Sequence record: NZ_CP084013.1
Length of the DNA: 64,000 bases
Strand: one strand, 5' to 3'
From: a plasmid
Shown: positions 1 to 9,984 of the stretch, piece by piece
How the letters are laid out: each line of letters begins with the position of its first letter
How positions within the stretch are numbered: position 1 is the first letter of the stretch
Translations under genes and position numbers: made by a program
The notes under the pieces: model-generated
What the model was told of the DNA's origin: nothing
Database searches by the model: none
Seen by the model: only the letters and a program-made list of their open reading frames with translations

Positions 1-1
1 A

Positions 2-781
2 TCCACCCTCAACGGCTACGCCTTGGACGATGGGCGAATCGACCGCAACAAGGTGCCGGCCGGCTGGCACGCCTACTCCGTAATGGAAAGCGACGGCGAC
101 GAAGACGGGGAAACCACCCTGTCCATCGACCATGACGGGTACGTGAACCACAGGATGGACTTCATCACCACCGAAGACCTCAGCCAACGCATAGACAGCG
201 GCCAACTGACCGAAATCCACGGCGACGACTGGGGCTTCACCGACAACGACCTCGTGGACGATCTCGCCGAAAAATCCGGGGATGACGACTTCGACCTCGA
301 CACTGAACTGGAGGAGAAACGCCACGACATGATGGATTCCGCCATCCGAGACCAGATCTTCTTCAAACCCGACGAGGAGAACATGACCGCGTTGAAGGCC
401 GCCGCATGGCAGACCATCAACCACGACGAGCAGAACAAGGGCGAATCCACGATCGGCGACCTGCGCATAGCCCCATCCATCAACCCCCACGACCTGCATC
501 TGGAAGACATGAGCGAGGAACAGATCAAAGAGGCCCGCAAGTACGGTGGATGGGACCCCGACAAGCACAAGTACGTGCACTTCAACCAAGACGGCGACTT
601 GGAAGGCCTCACCGAGAAACAGGCTGACAAGCTGATCTGGGACAACCGGCAGCGCATCCTACAAGCAGTCCGTGACGACGATTCCGCGAACTTCAGCACC
701 GTCAACCTGCTGCATAACTGTTTCAACCGTGAACGACAGGTACGCGAACACGACTACACGACACCGGGCGACAAGCGATAA
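2..781 (+). CDS. Highly acidic hypothetical protein (D/E-rich). The reading frame is open to the window edge, so it is probably 5'-partial.
   Basis: ORF 23..781 starts at an alternative TTG. The frame has no stop back to position 2. The protein is extremely acidic (DGDEDGE, DDDFDLDTELEE). Confidence 0.5.
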   Translation, partial: STLNGYALDDGRIDRNKVPAGWHAYSVMESDGDEDGETTLSIDHDGYVNHRMDFITTEDLSQRIDSGQLTEIHGDDWGFTDNDLVDDLAEKSGDDDFDLDTELEEKRHDMMDSAIRDQIFFKPDEENMTALKAAAWQTINHDEQNKGESTIGDLRIAPSINPHDLHLEDMSEEQIKEARKYGGWDPDKHKYVHFNQDGDLEGLTEKQADKLIWDNRQRILQAVRDDDSANFSTVNLLHNCFNRERQVREHDYTTPGDKR

Positions 782-795
782 AGGAGAGATAGCAC

Positions 796-1458
796 ATGGC
801 AGAGGCCATCAACGAAATGGAACGTAGGCTCGCGGAATCAAACCCGCATGCCGGCCCGAACGCGAAGACCGAAGACTTCAACCAGCAACCACCCTCGGTG
901 AAACCAGCAGGGAAACGCCACCGCACATCACCGGCACCGAGAAAAACGGATGAGGACACGAAAACCGCTGCAGAAACCCCATCACAGCAGGCCGAAGAGA
1001 CCTGGCAGACTCAAACCGGAAGGCCGTTCTGCATCATTCCGAAACCCACATGGCAGGAGCTGGCCCATGCGGCACTCCCCCAGCTACTGCAAGCCGTCGG
1101 ACTACTCATCCTGGTCATCGTATCCCTGCTGGCAAGGCAAACCGCATTGGCGGTCATCTGCCTGCTCGCCCTGATCGCATTCGTCGGCTGGCGGCTTGCG
1201 ACCTACGGCTGGACTCCCATGGAAACCGTTCGTCGAACCATCGAACATGGTTACGGTGTGGCGGTCGTCCGTCTCCTGAACGCAGATGACATGAACCAGC
1301 CAGTCCGGGTCATCACCGAAGGCGGACAGTATGTCGCCTGGTATACGGACGGCAGGGAGAATCGCATCCACACCGCCATTCTCATAGTCAACAAGGGTCG
1401 AATCGCATTGACCACACCGGACATGGGCATCCTGCCCACCCTAGGGGCGACAATTTGA
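796..1458 (+). CDS. Hypothetical membrane protein
   Basis: Long hydrophobic stretch LLQAVGLLILVIVSLLARQTALAVICLLALIAFVGW. It is packed tightly in a same-strand gene array. Confidence 0.5.
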   Translation: MAEAINEMERRLAESNPHAGPNAKTEDFNQQPPSVKPAGKRHRTSPAPRKTDEDTKTAAETPSQQAEETWQTQTGRPFCIIPKPTWQELAHAALPQLLQAVGLLILVIVSLLARQTALAVICLLALIAFVGWRLATYGWTPMETVRRTIEHGYGVAVVRLLNADDMNQPVRVITEGGQYVAWYTDGRENRIHTAILIVNKGRIALTTPDMGILPTLGATI

Positions 1459-2222
1459 TGCGCACATTGTTCGTCGGCGACCTGCATGCGAAAGCAGACC
1501 TGTTGCCGCTAATCACCCGAGTCGCCAGACGAGAGCATGCGGAACGCATCGTGCTATTGGGCGACATCTGCGATGACTGGAACGTGTCGAACAACGGGCT
1601 GGTCCGGTTCTTCGATACGTTTGCCGCATGGTATCGGCGTGAATCCCTTGAACGTGAGGTGATTCCACTGCTCGGCAATCATGATGTGCCGTACTTCCTG
1701 AAGCAAGGCTCCTCCTCCTATGCGCGAGTGCGCGCACTGGCGCCCGGCTTCAAACCCGGCGCCCATCGCAAGGTGCATGAGCTGATGCAAAATATCCCAT
1801 TCCAACTGGCTTGGTCGGATGGGAACATTCTGGCCACGCACGCCGGGCTCACCCGTGCATGGGGGCGACGGCGGCTGGGCGCCGATTACATGGACATGCC
1901 GGTCGAGGAAGTCGCGGATCGCTTGAACCGAATGCTCCTCCATCCGGCCTCACTGGTCGTGCCCATGACGGACATCGGCCCGGCGCGCGGCGGCGCAGGA
2001 ACGCCTTCTCCCCTATGGTGCGATCGCGGCGAGTTCGCCGAAGACGGGGACATGCACCTGACTCAGGTGGTCGGGCATACGCCCGTACCGACCGTATTGC
2101 ATGAGCATGATGCGTGGTTCTGCGACACGTTTTCCACGATGAGCAACGGTACTCCCATTGGCGACGGGTCTCTGCTCATGTATTCGGAGAGCGGATTCTA
2201 TCCAGTGCCTCTTCTTGGCTGA
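1455..2222 (+). CDS. Metallophosphoesterase (calcineurin-like Ser/Thr phosphatase family)
   Basis: Motifs GDLH, GDICDDW, GNHD, ATHAG and GHTP follow the GDxHG/GDxxDRG/GNHE order. The start overlaps the upstream stop as ATGA. Confidence 0.7.
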   Translation: MMRTLFVGDLHAKADLLPLITRVARREHAERIVLLGDICDDWNVSNNGLVRFFDTFAAWYRRESLEREVIPLLGNHDVPYFLKQGSSSYARVRALAPGFKPGAHRKVHELMQNIPFQLAWSDGNILATHAGLTRAWGRRRLGADYMDMPVEEVADRLNRMLLHPASLVVPMTDIGPARGGAGTPSPLWCDRGEFAEDGDMHLTQVVGHTPVPTVLHEHDAWFCDTFSTMSNGTPIGDGSLLMYSESGFYPVPLLG

Positions 2223-2307
2223 TTTGCTTTCGTCCGGCCTGCTTCCTTTTTTCAAGGCGCGATTAGAATCAAAGACAAACAACACTCGTCGAAAGAACAC
2301 CAAAACA

Positions 2308-2991
2308 TTGACGACATCCAGCCGAACAGCACAAGCGAAACACCGGAGACGCACCCCAGACGGACGATTCGCAGACGAACTCAACAGCTTCGGCTTCCCC
2401 GACGCGGCAACACTAAGCGCATACGAGCAACAGACCTCGCAGATCCCAGTACTCCAGCGCCTGCAAAAGCACGGCAAAATCACCCCACCACCAATCACGC
2501 TGCCGGACGGATGGACGGAAGCCGGAACAAAACATGACGGCAACGCCGACGGATATGGCAGCTACCATGAGGACACACGCCGTTTCACAGGCCCCGACAA
2601 CAGCACCCTGACGGTCACGCACAGTTCGGGATTCGAAAAAGATTTCGGCCTATACGACTACCAGACCGTCGAATACCAGTCCGGCAACGTCACCATCAAA
2701 CGAATCATCCCACCCACCTCAAACCCTGACATCAACGAGCTGGAGGAAACAGGCCAACGGCTCGAACGGCAGCGCGCGGAACTCAACGCACACGCTTCCG
2801 GACGGTGGAGCGCTCCCATAACGCGGCTTACAGCATCCACCAGCGAGACAGGCTACACGTTCATCCTACCGGAATACGGGGAGCCGCCGAAGAAGCCGGT
2901 ACTCCCATGGAACCGAGCCGCATGGGACAAGGCACGAAAGCAGGAAAAAGAAAACAGAAAGTCTGGTGTGGCTGAGATTCCGCCCCGTTGA
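2308..2991 (+). CDS. Paralogous family member P1 (conserved N-terminal module S.QAK..R.P.GRF.DE...P....YEQQ, variable C-terminus)
   Basis: An in-frame TTG at 2308 gives MTTSSRTAQAKHRRRTPDGRFADE. This aligns with the N-termini of the genes at 17955, 18564 and 19108. Confidence 0.55.
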   Translation: MTTSSRTAQAKHRRRTPDGRFADELNSFGFPDAATLSAYEQQTSQIPVLQRLQKHGKITPPPITLPDGWTEAGTKHDGNADGYGSYHEDTRRFTGPDNSTLTVTHSSGFEKDFGLYDYQTVEYQSGNVTIKRIIPPTSNPDINELEETGQRLERQRAELNAHASGRWSAPITRLTASTSETGYTFILPEYGEPPKKPVLPWNRAAWDKARKQEKENRKSGVAEIPPR

Positions 2992-3357
2992 TCCGCTTCT
3001 CCTGCAATGCCGCGAACAGGCGCCCTGTCGCGCCGTTCCTGGACCAGCGGTTGAACAGTTGGCAGACGGTGACCCACTTGCCGCAGCACTCCGGCAGGTC
3101 CCTCCACGGGCTCCCGTGCGGCACATCCACGGCAGGGCGTTGACGAACGTGTGGTTGTCGACCGCCACGTTGCCGTGCTATCGCGGCAACGGATGCGCGA
3201 CCCTCATGAACCGGTCAGGCGTGATGTCATACCTCGGCGTACGCATACGACAATCATCACGCAAAACTTAAATAGGGTAAACACACCCCTAGTTTTTTTG
3301 ATATTCGCCGACCCGTTTCCTTTTTTTGGGGAGGCGGGTTTTGTCTTATCCTATTTG

Positions 3358-3384
3358 TCTGTTATACTGAATATGTCCACATAA
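3358..3384 (+). promoter_or_regulatory. Repeated promoter cassette, copy a (extended -10 TGnTATACT plus conserved box GAATATGTCCACATAA)
   Basis: tcTGtTATACTgaatatgtccacataa. It is followed by aaagagga and an ATG at 3402. Confidence 0.6.
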
Positions 3385-3401
3385 AAACGAAAGAGGAAAC
3401 C

Positions 3402-3593
3402 ATGAAGCGCTACGCCATCAACTATGAGGAAACCTACTCAGGCACCTTCACCGTCGAACTCGACGACGACTCCACCGAACAGGATGCCATCAACGAACTC
3501 CTCAACAACGCCGACGAATACCGTCTAGGCGAACAGGTCGAACTCAGCGACAGTGACGCACAGGTCATCAAGACCGAAAATGTGGAGGACTGA
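3402..3593 (+). CDS. Small very acidic protein (63 aa)
   Basis: The RBS aaagaggaaacc is followed by ATG. The gene lies directly downstream of repeat copy a. The sequence is D/E-rich. Confidence 0.6.
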   Translation: MKRYAINYEETYSGTFTVELDDDSTEQDAINELLNNADEYRLGEQVELSDSDAQVIKTENVED

Positions 3594-3693
3594 CTCATGA
3601 CGGACACTATGGAACAGGTCACGGAAGATGTACTCGACGCTTTCAAGCGGAACGGCTGGATTGTCGTCGCGCCGAAGAACTGGAACTGACGAA

Positions 3694-4239
3694 ATGAAAA
3701 CACGCGACATCCTCATCACCGTCACCCGCATACTGCCGGGCTGGCATGTGTACAACGACCACCAGTTCGGACGCATCACCGCATTCGACCCTCAAGCGGG
3801 ATACGAGGTCACCGTCAACATTCCCGACAGCGACACCATCCGCATCGTCCGCACGCGGTACGAGCTTGTCGAGGATAACACCGTCCTCGATACAGCCGAC
3901 ATGGGCGAGGAGCAGGCATTGGACGAACTGGCCCGCCTGCTGGCTTCGCCCATGCCGCGCACCGACCGTCTCATGCGGTTGAAAGACAAGTTCGAGAAGA
4001 CCGCCGAATGGTGCCGGGACACGCTTGGCGACGAACAGGAGGCGAAGGATGTGGAAGACATGGCCGAACACTACATGCATGTGTGCGAAGCCTGCAACAA
4101 CAAATACTCCGGCCGACATGACCCGGTGTCCGTGTTCGAGGGGTGGCTGCTGGGCGAGGAACTCGGCACCCCGTATGAGACGCGCCGTCAGGCCGCGTCG
4201 CGCATGCTGAGCAACGTGCACCGACTGGACAAGGAGTGA
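3694..4239 (+). CDS. Hypothetical protein
   Basis: Internal ATG of ORF 3628..4239 (MKTRDILITV...). It contains CEACNNKYSGRHD. Confidence 0.5.
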   Translation: MKTRDILITVTRILPGWHVYNDHQFGRITAFDPQAGYEVTVNIPDSDTIRIVRTRYELVEDNTVLDTADMGEEQALDELARLLASPMPRTDRLMRLKDKFEKTAEWCRDTLGDEQEAKDVEDMAEHYMHVCEACNNKYSGRHDPVSVFEGWLLGEELGTPYETRRQAASRMLSNVHRLDKE

Positions 4240-4242
4240 ACC

Positions 4243-4866
4243 ATGTTGGACATCGAGAAGACGCTGCAATCCGTCCGCGACCTATTGGACAGGCTGGGCA
4301 AGGAAGGCGTGGAGTTCGCTCTGGTCGAATCGGAATACTCCGACTACGTAGCGGACATCCGCAACCCTAACAAGGTGTACGTGTTCCTTGAATGCTCGAT
4401 TCGTCCGAACGGCACCTTCGTCTGGCGGGATTACGACCATCATAAAGGAGTCTGCGACTTCGACGAGTTCCGCGTGCGGATAATCACCCTCACAGCGAAC
4501 AAATACCTCGACAAGGCGAAAGACAAGCGCAAACAGTGGGCGAGCCTGTGCGAAGGTACAGATACGCCCATGCCGGAGTCGCTGGCCGTCACCGTATCCG
4601 ACATGGAAGACAAGGCCAACCGTCTGAAAGCGTTGCTGGAACCCGACGACCCGCCACTGTTGGACGGGCGGGACATCGCAATCCTGAAAGAGCTTAAACC
4701 GTATGGCGTGGTCAAACCGGCGGAGGAATCGCAACGACTACGTGAGCTGGGCGTGCTGGAACGCAGATACTACATCGACCAAGTGTTCGACGCGCTGACC
4801 GACAAGGGCGAGAAGGCATTGGAATTCGCGTCGCACGTAGAACGGACGAAAAGGAGAACATCATGA
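4243..4866 (+). CDS. Hypothetical protein
   Basis: Six-frame ORF. It lies on the same strand as its neighbours and the stop-start junctions overlap. Confidence 0.5.
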   Translation: MLDIEKTLQSVRDLLDRLGKEGVEFALVESEYSDYVADIRNPNKVYVFLECSIRPNGTFVWRDYDHHKGVCDFDEFRVRIITLTANKYLDKAKDKRKQWASLCEGTDTPMPESLAVTVSDMEDKANRLKALLEPDDPPLLDGRDIAILKELKPYGVVKPAEESQRLRELGVLERRYYIDQVFDALTDKGEKALEFASHVERTKRRTS

Positions 4867-5201
4867 AAACAGCATCTTTCCACACGACCGCCCGCAAGGC
4901 GATACTCGCTACACTGCAAGCCAACCGAGACGACCTGCGCGTGCGCGATACGCGCGAATGGCGCTTTCTTACTGACGAGGAATTCCGACGGCTCGGCCAT
5001 GCGAAGCCGTCGGACGTGTCGTATGCGGGCGATCTGGACGACTACGGCATGTTCGACGGCGCCTGGCGTGCGGCCGTGGATTGCGGCGACGCGTTGCCTC
5101 ATGCGAGCGAATACAGCATATCCGGCATGCTCATCGCATTCGACGACAAGACCGTATGGGAGACGGTATGCGCCGGACTTGACCTGTTAGGCAAGGAATG
5201 A
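4863..5201 (+). CDS. Hypothetical protein
   Basis: ATGA overlap with the upstream gene. Confidence 0.5.
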   Translation: MKTASFHTTARKAILATLQANRDDLRVRDTREWRFLTDEEFRRLGHAKPSDVSYAGDLDDYGMFDGAWRAAVDCGDALPHASEYSISGMLIAFDDKTVWETVCAGLDLLGKE

Positions 5202-5213
5202 AAAGGAACCATC

Positions 5214-5483
5214 ATGAACGCGAACGAAACCTGCGAAGATTCAATCCACGGCCCGTACGAGCCGGATGACGTGGCTGACCACTGCGGCGGTTGCGGCATA
5301 CCGTTGTGTGAGGAGCATGCGAGGAAATGCCCCTGTTGCGGGCGCGTCAACTGCACGGACTGCAGCGAGATATGTGAGGCCTGCTGGCGTCTGGTATGCC
5401 GTGAGCACGCCAAGTGGAATCCCGAATACGCGCAATACGAATGCCCCGCATGCTACGACCGTTGGGATTGCGGGGAAAGGTAG
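5214..5483 (+). CDS. Cysteine-rich small protein (multiple CxxC, probable zinc-binding)
   Basis: CGGCG..C..H..C.CCG..C.DC...CEAC..C..H....CPAC. Confidence 0.5.
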   Translation: MNANETCEDSIHGPYEPDDVADHCGGCGIPLCEEHARKCPCCGRVNCTDCSEICEACWRLVCREHAKWNPEYAQYECPACYDRWDCGER

Positions 5484-5491
5484 AGAGGACG

Positions 5492-6040
5492 ATGAATCCG
5501 GTTGACGAACGCTTCGAGCATCGGCTGCTCGACCGGTTCCATTACGACGATCGGCAGGACGGCGACGGCTATGGTCCGGATTCGCCGCGCGTCGGCGACA
5601 AGGGTTGGATCATCTGGCAGACCGCGTTCAACGAGTTGGACCGTCCGTTCGAGATTGTGCGCGACGAGGGGCGCGGCCGCACCGGCCTGCCCCTGCTGCT
5701 GGTCGGCATGGAGGACAACTACGGCGACGACTGGCATATCCGCGAAAACGATGACAGCCAATACATGAGCCTGCTGGAAGCCGGACTGGACGGCGCGAGC
5801 CTAACGCTCATGGAACGCAAGCACGGCATCGCACGATGGCGGTCGGAGCGGGGCGAGTCGAAACCGATCGAACTGACGGCGCCGGACGGGAAGCCGACGG
5901 ACACCGTATACGCCTACCAGTCCGAGCCCGACGAATGGCGGATATACGACAAGTATAGCGGGCGGTCGCTTGGCGGCGAACCGGGCGAAACCATCACGGA
6001 CGCGCTGCGCCACATCGGATACCAGTTGGAGGAATCATGA
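5492..6040 (+). CDS. Hypothetical protein
   Basis: Internal ATG with RBS gaaaggtagagagga (MNPVDERF...). Confidence 0.5.
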   Translation: MNPVDERFEHRLLDRFHYDDRQDGDGYGPDSPRVGDKGWIIWQTAFNELDRPFEIVRDEGRGRTGLPLLLVGMEDNYGDDWHIRENDDSQYMSLLEAGLDGASLTLMERKHGIARWRSERGESKPIELTAPDGKPTDTVYAYQSEPDEWRIYDKYSGRSLGGEPGETITDALRHIGYQLEES

Positions 6041-6456
6041 GTATCGAAACAAGCATCATATACACCACTTCGGATGGCAAGCAGTTCGATGACAGGCAGG
6101 AAGCGGAAACGCATGAGCAATGGCTGGCGGACGAACCGGAGGCGCGCGAGGCCGACAGGCAGCGCGGCTGGACCGACTACACACCGCCACAACCAGAATG
6201 GAAGCCGGAACCCAAACCGGCCACACCGGATATCACCGACCATGACGGACCGCGTTCGGTATCCGAAGCGGACTGGCTGGAATTCAATACGGAGGCCAAC
6301 GATTACGGGGTGCCCGACCGTGCGGGCCTGCAATCCGTCATCGATGTGATAGGCGAACACTACCTGCATCTCGCCCGCGAATGGGGTTGGAACGACACCG
6401 AGGTGCGCGACGCCATGTATGTGGAGACGAAACAGAGAGGATGGTGCAGGGAATGA
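6037..6456 (+). CDS. Hypothetical acidic protein
   Basis: ATGA overlap with the upstream gene. Confidence 0.5.
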   Translation: MSIETSIIYTTSDGKQFDDRQEAETHEQWLADEPEAREADRQRGWTDYTPPQPEWKPEPKPATPDITDHDGPRSVSEADWLEFNTEANDYGVPDRAGLQSVIDVIGEHYLHLAREWGWNDTEVRDAMYVETKQRGWCRE

Positions 6457-7241
6457 GCGTCGTCACGCCCGAGATTCGTTTCTTCGCAGACTGTCACTGG
6501 TTGATGGCCGACAACATCATTCTGCTCAGAATCACGCCGATGTTACCGTACGAATGGTCGAACCTGAGAAGACTGTTCGACTGCAAATCCACATTCGAAA
6601 CACGAAGCGGACCGTTCGACTACTGGCGCATTCGCCTTGAATTCGACGGGAACCTGATCCACTGGACGGTTTCCGACGGCTGGTGGCATCCGAAAACAAC
6701 GACCTTCGACACCGACTATGAGACGACCATGACGGTCCTGTTCGGCGTCGGATACGACCAGTGGCGCAAGGACCGCGGCATCATGGACGAGGCCGACAAG
6801 GCCGTGAAACGGTTGAACGATTCAGGTATCCCCGCCACGCGCTCTTCGGATCCGGACTATCTGGTGTTCGAGGTCGGCGAAAGCGTGTTCCGTGCGCTAT
6901 TGTCCGCCGATCCGACGCATGCGGCAAGTCGGCTGATCGAAGCGGTCAGAAATCGCGGGAAGATTCTCGATGACTACCGTGAGGCCGTCGTCGGTCTTGG
7001 CAGGGTCGAGGCGTTGGATGCGGATGACGTGTATTGGGATGACCTGTTCTCGAACGGCGACCCGGTCGAAATCGGCGCCGTCATCTTCCAGACCCAACGC
7101 GGGGAGGAGCATCCCGTCGGCCTGGACCTGCTGATCATGTCGGATGGCACATGGCGGCCGGACGGTTTCGACACCGGCAAGGAAGGCGCTGCCGGCGACG
7201 TGCGCGACTATCTGGCCCAATGGATGAAGGAGCAATCATGA
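6453..7241 (+). CDS. Hypothetical protein
   Basis: Internal ATG (MSVVTPEIRFF...). The start overlaps the stop of the previous gene. Confidence 0.5.
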   Translation: MSVVTPEIRFFADCHWLMADNIILLRITPMLPYEWSNLRRLFDCKSTFETRSGPFDYWRIRLEFDGNLIHWTVSDGWWHPKTTTFDTDYETTMTVLFGVGYDQWRKDRGIMDEADKAVKRLNDSGIPATRSSDPDYLVFEVGESVFRALLSADPTHAASRLIEAVRNRGKILDDYREAVVGLGRVEALDADDVYWDDLFSNGDPVEIGAVIFQTQRGEEHPVGLDLLIMSDGTWRPDGFDTGKEGAAGDVRDYLAQWMKEQS

Positions 7242-7894
7242 TTGAACGCATCACCGTGGAGACCAACGATGAGACCGGCAACAATCCGGTCGAATACGAT
7301 TGGGAGTTCGACCCGGACGGTGTCTGCCACATGACCGGTGACGGGGACATGCCCGCCGTCTTCGAGGGGTCCGCCGCCATCGTGGAGGCGTTCAACCATG
7401 TCGGCATGAGCATCGTGAGCGGGGAGCGGACACCGCTGAAGGACGGCGATCACGCACTGCTCGCCCTTCTTGCCGCCGTCCTCGCCACCCTCGTCCCGTT
7501 CGTGGAGGGGAAGGACGGCGACCAAGTGGGATTCATGATGGGCGATACATCGAACGGCTTCAACGTCAATATCACGTCGGCGGAGTTCCTGGCCTGCTGC
7601 CGCTCCATGTGGATCGGCGCAGATGTCCTCCGTGGATTCGGCCGATATCTGAACTTCCGTTGGAATACGGTCCGCGAGGCGTGGGTGGAAGCCGGTTCCG
7701 GTCTCGCGTTCATCGGGGCGGACAGTCAGGTGGCATACATGCTGGAGACCGCCACGTCGAAAGGCGACAGCATCCGCTTCGACCCCATGGAAGGCAAGGA
7801 GGAAACCGTCCAACTGTTCCGTCTCCTGTTGGAGACGGCGAAATGCGCGGACATCCCGGTCCGATTCGCAGGAGGCCTCCGACAAGGTGAATGA
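7238..7894 (+). CDS. Hypothetical protein
   Basis: ATGA overlap. RBS gaaggagcaatc precedes ATG (MIERITVE...). Confidence 0.5.
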   Translation: MIERITVETNDETGNNPVEYDWEFDPDGVCHMTGDGDMPAVFEGSAAIVEAFNHVGMSIVSGERTPLKDGDHALLALLAAVLATLVPFVEGKDGDQVGFMMGDTSNGFNVNITSAEFLACCRSMWIGADVLRGFGRYLNFRWNTVREAWVEAGSGLAFIGADSQVAYMLETATSKGDSIRFDPMEGKEETVQLFRLLLETAKCADIPVRFAGGLRQGE

Positions 7895-7989
7895 CGCACG
7901 AGATAACGACGATAGCATTCGTTCTAAGCAGCGAGACGGTAAAACGGAAGTTAGTCAACCAAACCGTATCCGGGAAGAAAGAAAGACTA

Positions 7990-9147
7990 ATGGGAAGACA
8001 TGCCGCCTCAAGACCCGGCCGACTCCGTCCTCAGCACAATACTGACGACATTTCGCTCCGGAATATTGAAGAGAACACCGTTCCTAAGAGAGAAGACAGA
8101 CAATCACAAGGAGTGGGTTACCGGCTGTTGCAATTGTTCGCAGGCATGTCGATTTTCCTCGCCATCATCCTAGTAATGCACGTCGGATGGGTATACATCG
8201 GCAACGGAATGGACCAGATCCACACCCAACAAACCATCGTCACCAACCAAGGATTCAAAACAGCCCAACCCACTAAAACCGACGGTTCAACCCGCATCGC
8301 CAAACCCCAAACCGGAGAACCACCCACCGAACCGGAACCCGAATACTCGACAGTGATCGGCTGGATGCGAATCCCCCGGTTCGGCACCGAATGGCAACGA
8401 GCCATCCAAGAAGGCACCGATCTGCAAGTCCTTGACAACTACGGTATCGGACACTATCAAGGAACCGTCATGCCCGGAAGCATCGGCAACAGCTCCTACG
8501 CCGGACACCGCACCCCCGGCGACCTAGGGCCGGCGGACACGTTGAAACCCGGGGATCCGATCATCATTCAGACAGCCGACCACTGGTACGTGTATGAAAT
8601 GCAATCATCTTGGATGACGACCCCCGATGATGCCGCCGTCATCGCCGACCAGACAGACCAAAAAGACGCGCGCCTCATCACGCTCACCACCTGTAAATAC
8701 TCGCTAGATGAACAGGACAGTCTGAGTGCTAGACTCATCGTCCGCGGACGGTTCAAATATTGGGCCAACACTGCTGACGGAATACCGCAAGAACTTGCCC
8801 CCAAACAATCAACTCCCATACAACAGGCAAAAGCCACCATCGCACGCAGTATCCAAAAAGCCAGCAAATACGCTCCAGTCAGCCAACTCCTGTTCACCGC
8901 AACACTAACAATCTGGTGCATCCTCACAGGCCTGTCATGGCTCATCTGGCACAAAGACCGCCAGAAGAAAACAACATCATGGAACCTCATGACACTAATC
9001 TGGCGCATCCAATCAGGCCCAATCATCCTACGCGCAACCACCTGCCTATTCTTCTGGGTAACGCTACTATTCGCCGAATGGGCATGGATCAGCCCACTAC
9101 TTTCCCAACCAATCACACTATCCACCGGTACCGCCACCCTAAACTAA
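7990..9147 (+). CDS. Class E-type sortase (transpeptidase) with an N-terminal TM segment and C-terminal hydrophobic segments
   Basis: The motifs AGHRT (conserved His), LITLTTCKY (TLxTC active-site Cys) and VRGRF (conserved Arg) occur in the canonical order. Confidence 0.6.
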   Translation: MGRHAASRPGRLRPQHNTDDISLRNIEENTVPKREDRQSQGVGYRLLQLFAGMSIFLAIILVMHVGWVYIGNGMDQIHTQQTIVTNQGFKTAQPTKTDGSTRIAKPQTGEPPTEPEPEYSTVIGWMRIPRFGTEWQRAIQEGTDLQVLDNYGIGHYQGTVMPGSIGNSSYAGHRTPGDLGPADTLKPGDPIIIQTADHWYVYEMQSSWMTTPDDAAVIADQTDQKDARLITLTTCKYSLDEQDSLSARLIVRGRFKYWANTADGIPQELAPKQSTPIQQAKATIARSIQKASKYAPVSQLLFTATLTIWCILTGLSWLIWHKDRQKKTTSWNLMTLIWRIQSGPIILRATTCLFFWVTLLFAEWAWISPLLSQPITLSTGTATLN

Positions 9148-9200
9148 AAACATCAGGCAATACGCAAAACCCGTACGCCAACAACAACCGGTGACAAAGA

Positions 9201-9252
9201 AGGGTCGACGCGCGTCGTTCGGACAGAGAACCGGAAAACGCGCACCGACCCT
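9201..9252. terminator. GC-rich inverted repeat between convergent genes (bidirectional terminator candidate)
   Basis: agggtcg ... cgaccct flanks internal palindromes. It lies between the sortase stop at 9147 and the stop of the minus-strand gene at 9274. Confidence 0.35.
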
Positions 9253-9273
9253 TTCCACACAGTATAGCGTGCC

Positions 9274-9984
9274 CTAGCCGAGCAGACGATAATATCCCAT
9301 GCCGGGCATGACGGCCGTGACCTTCGTGCCATCGACCGGGTTCATCGCATGGATCATCAGACCGTTGCCGATGTAAATGCCCGCATGCCCCGCGTTTGCC
9401 ATAAGATCACCCGGCTGCGGGTCAGTAACGGGCGTGCCGACCGTGGCCTGCATGCCGGACGGGTGCGGCAATTGGATGCCGAACCGCGCGTACACGTATT
9501 GGGTGAAACCACTGCAATCCCAGCCGGCAGGCGTATTGCCCCCGTACACGTATGGCGCGCCCTGGTATTGGAGCGCGTAGGAGACCAGGGCGGCGGCCGT
9601 ATCCGAGGCGGGTTTCTCCTTGTCACCTGTCGTCGGCGCCGATATGACCGGTGTGCGTGGTTCGGCGCGTGACGCAGCCTCCGACTGTCGCGCCTGTTCG
9701 GCTTGGATGCGCGTGGCCTGTTCCTCGGGGCTTTCCGTATGCGGCACGTCCAAGGTTTCGATGCCTCCCCATGAGCCGTCCACGTCGGTCGATACGGCCT
9801 CACTGAACGAACGATGCGGAACCAAGTGTTTCGGGAACGATCTGACACTGCTCGCCATGTGGATTGGAGCCGAATCGACGGCGTCCGCCCATGCCGGGAT
9901 CGTCGGCATGGCGAGCATGACGATTGGCAGGAGAACCGTCAGGACAATGGGAGCTCTTCTAATAGTGGATGTACTGGTATGCAT
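9274..9984 (-). CDS. Secreted NlpC/P60 family peptidoglycan endopeptidase
   Basis: N-terminal signal peptide. Catalytic Cys context GAPYVYGG..GWDCSGF. A downstream H and GIYIG.G are present. Confidence 0.7.
   Translation of the reverse strand: MHTSTSTIRRAPIVLTVLLPIVMLAMPTIPAWADAVDSAPIHMASSVRSFPKHLVPHRSFSEAVSTDVDGSWGGIETLDVPHTESPEEQATRIQAEQARQSEAASRAEPRTPVISAPTTGDKEKPASDTAAALVSYALQYQGAPYVYGGNTPAGWDCSGFTQYVYARFGIQLPHPSGMQATVGTPVTDPQPGDLMANAGHAGIYIGNGLMIHAMNPVDGTKVTAVMPGMGYYRLLG

Noticed and set aside
73-726. Long antisense ORF overlapping the acidic gene. Similar shadow ORFs include 3643..4269(-), 16680..17264(-), 33098..34162(-), 29147..30475(+), 38308..39666(+) and 51133..52242(-).
   Set aside because: High-GC DNA generates long stop-free antisense frames. 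Each lies fully inside a gene that has recognisable motifs or operon coupling.
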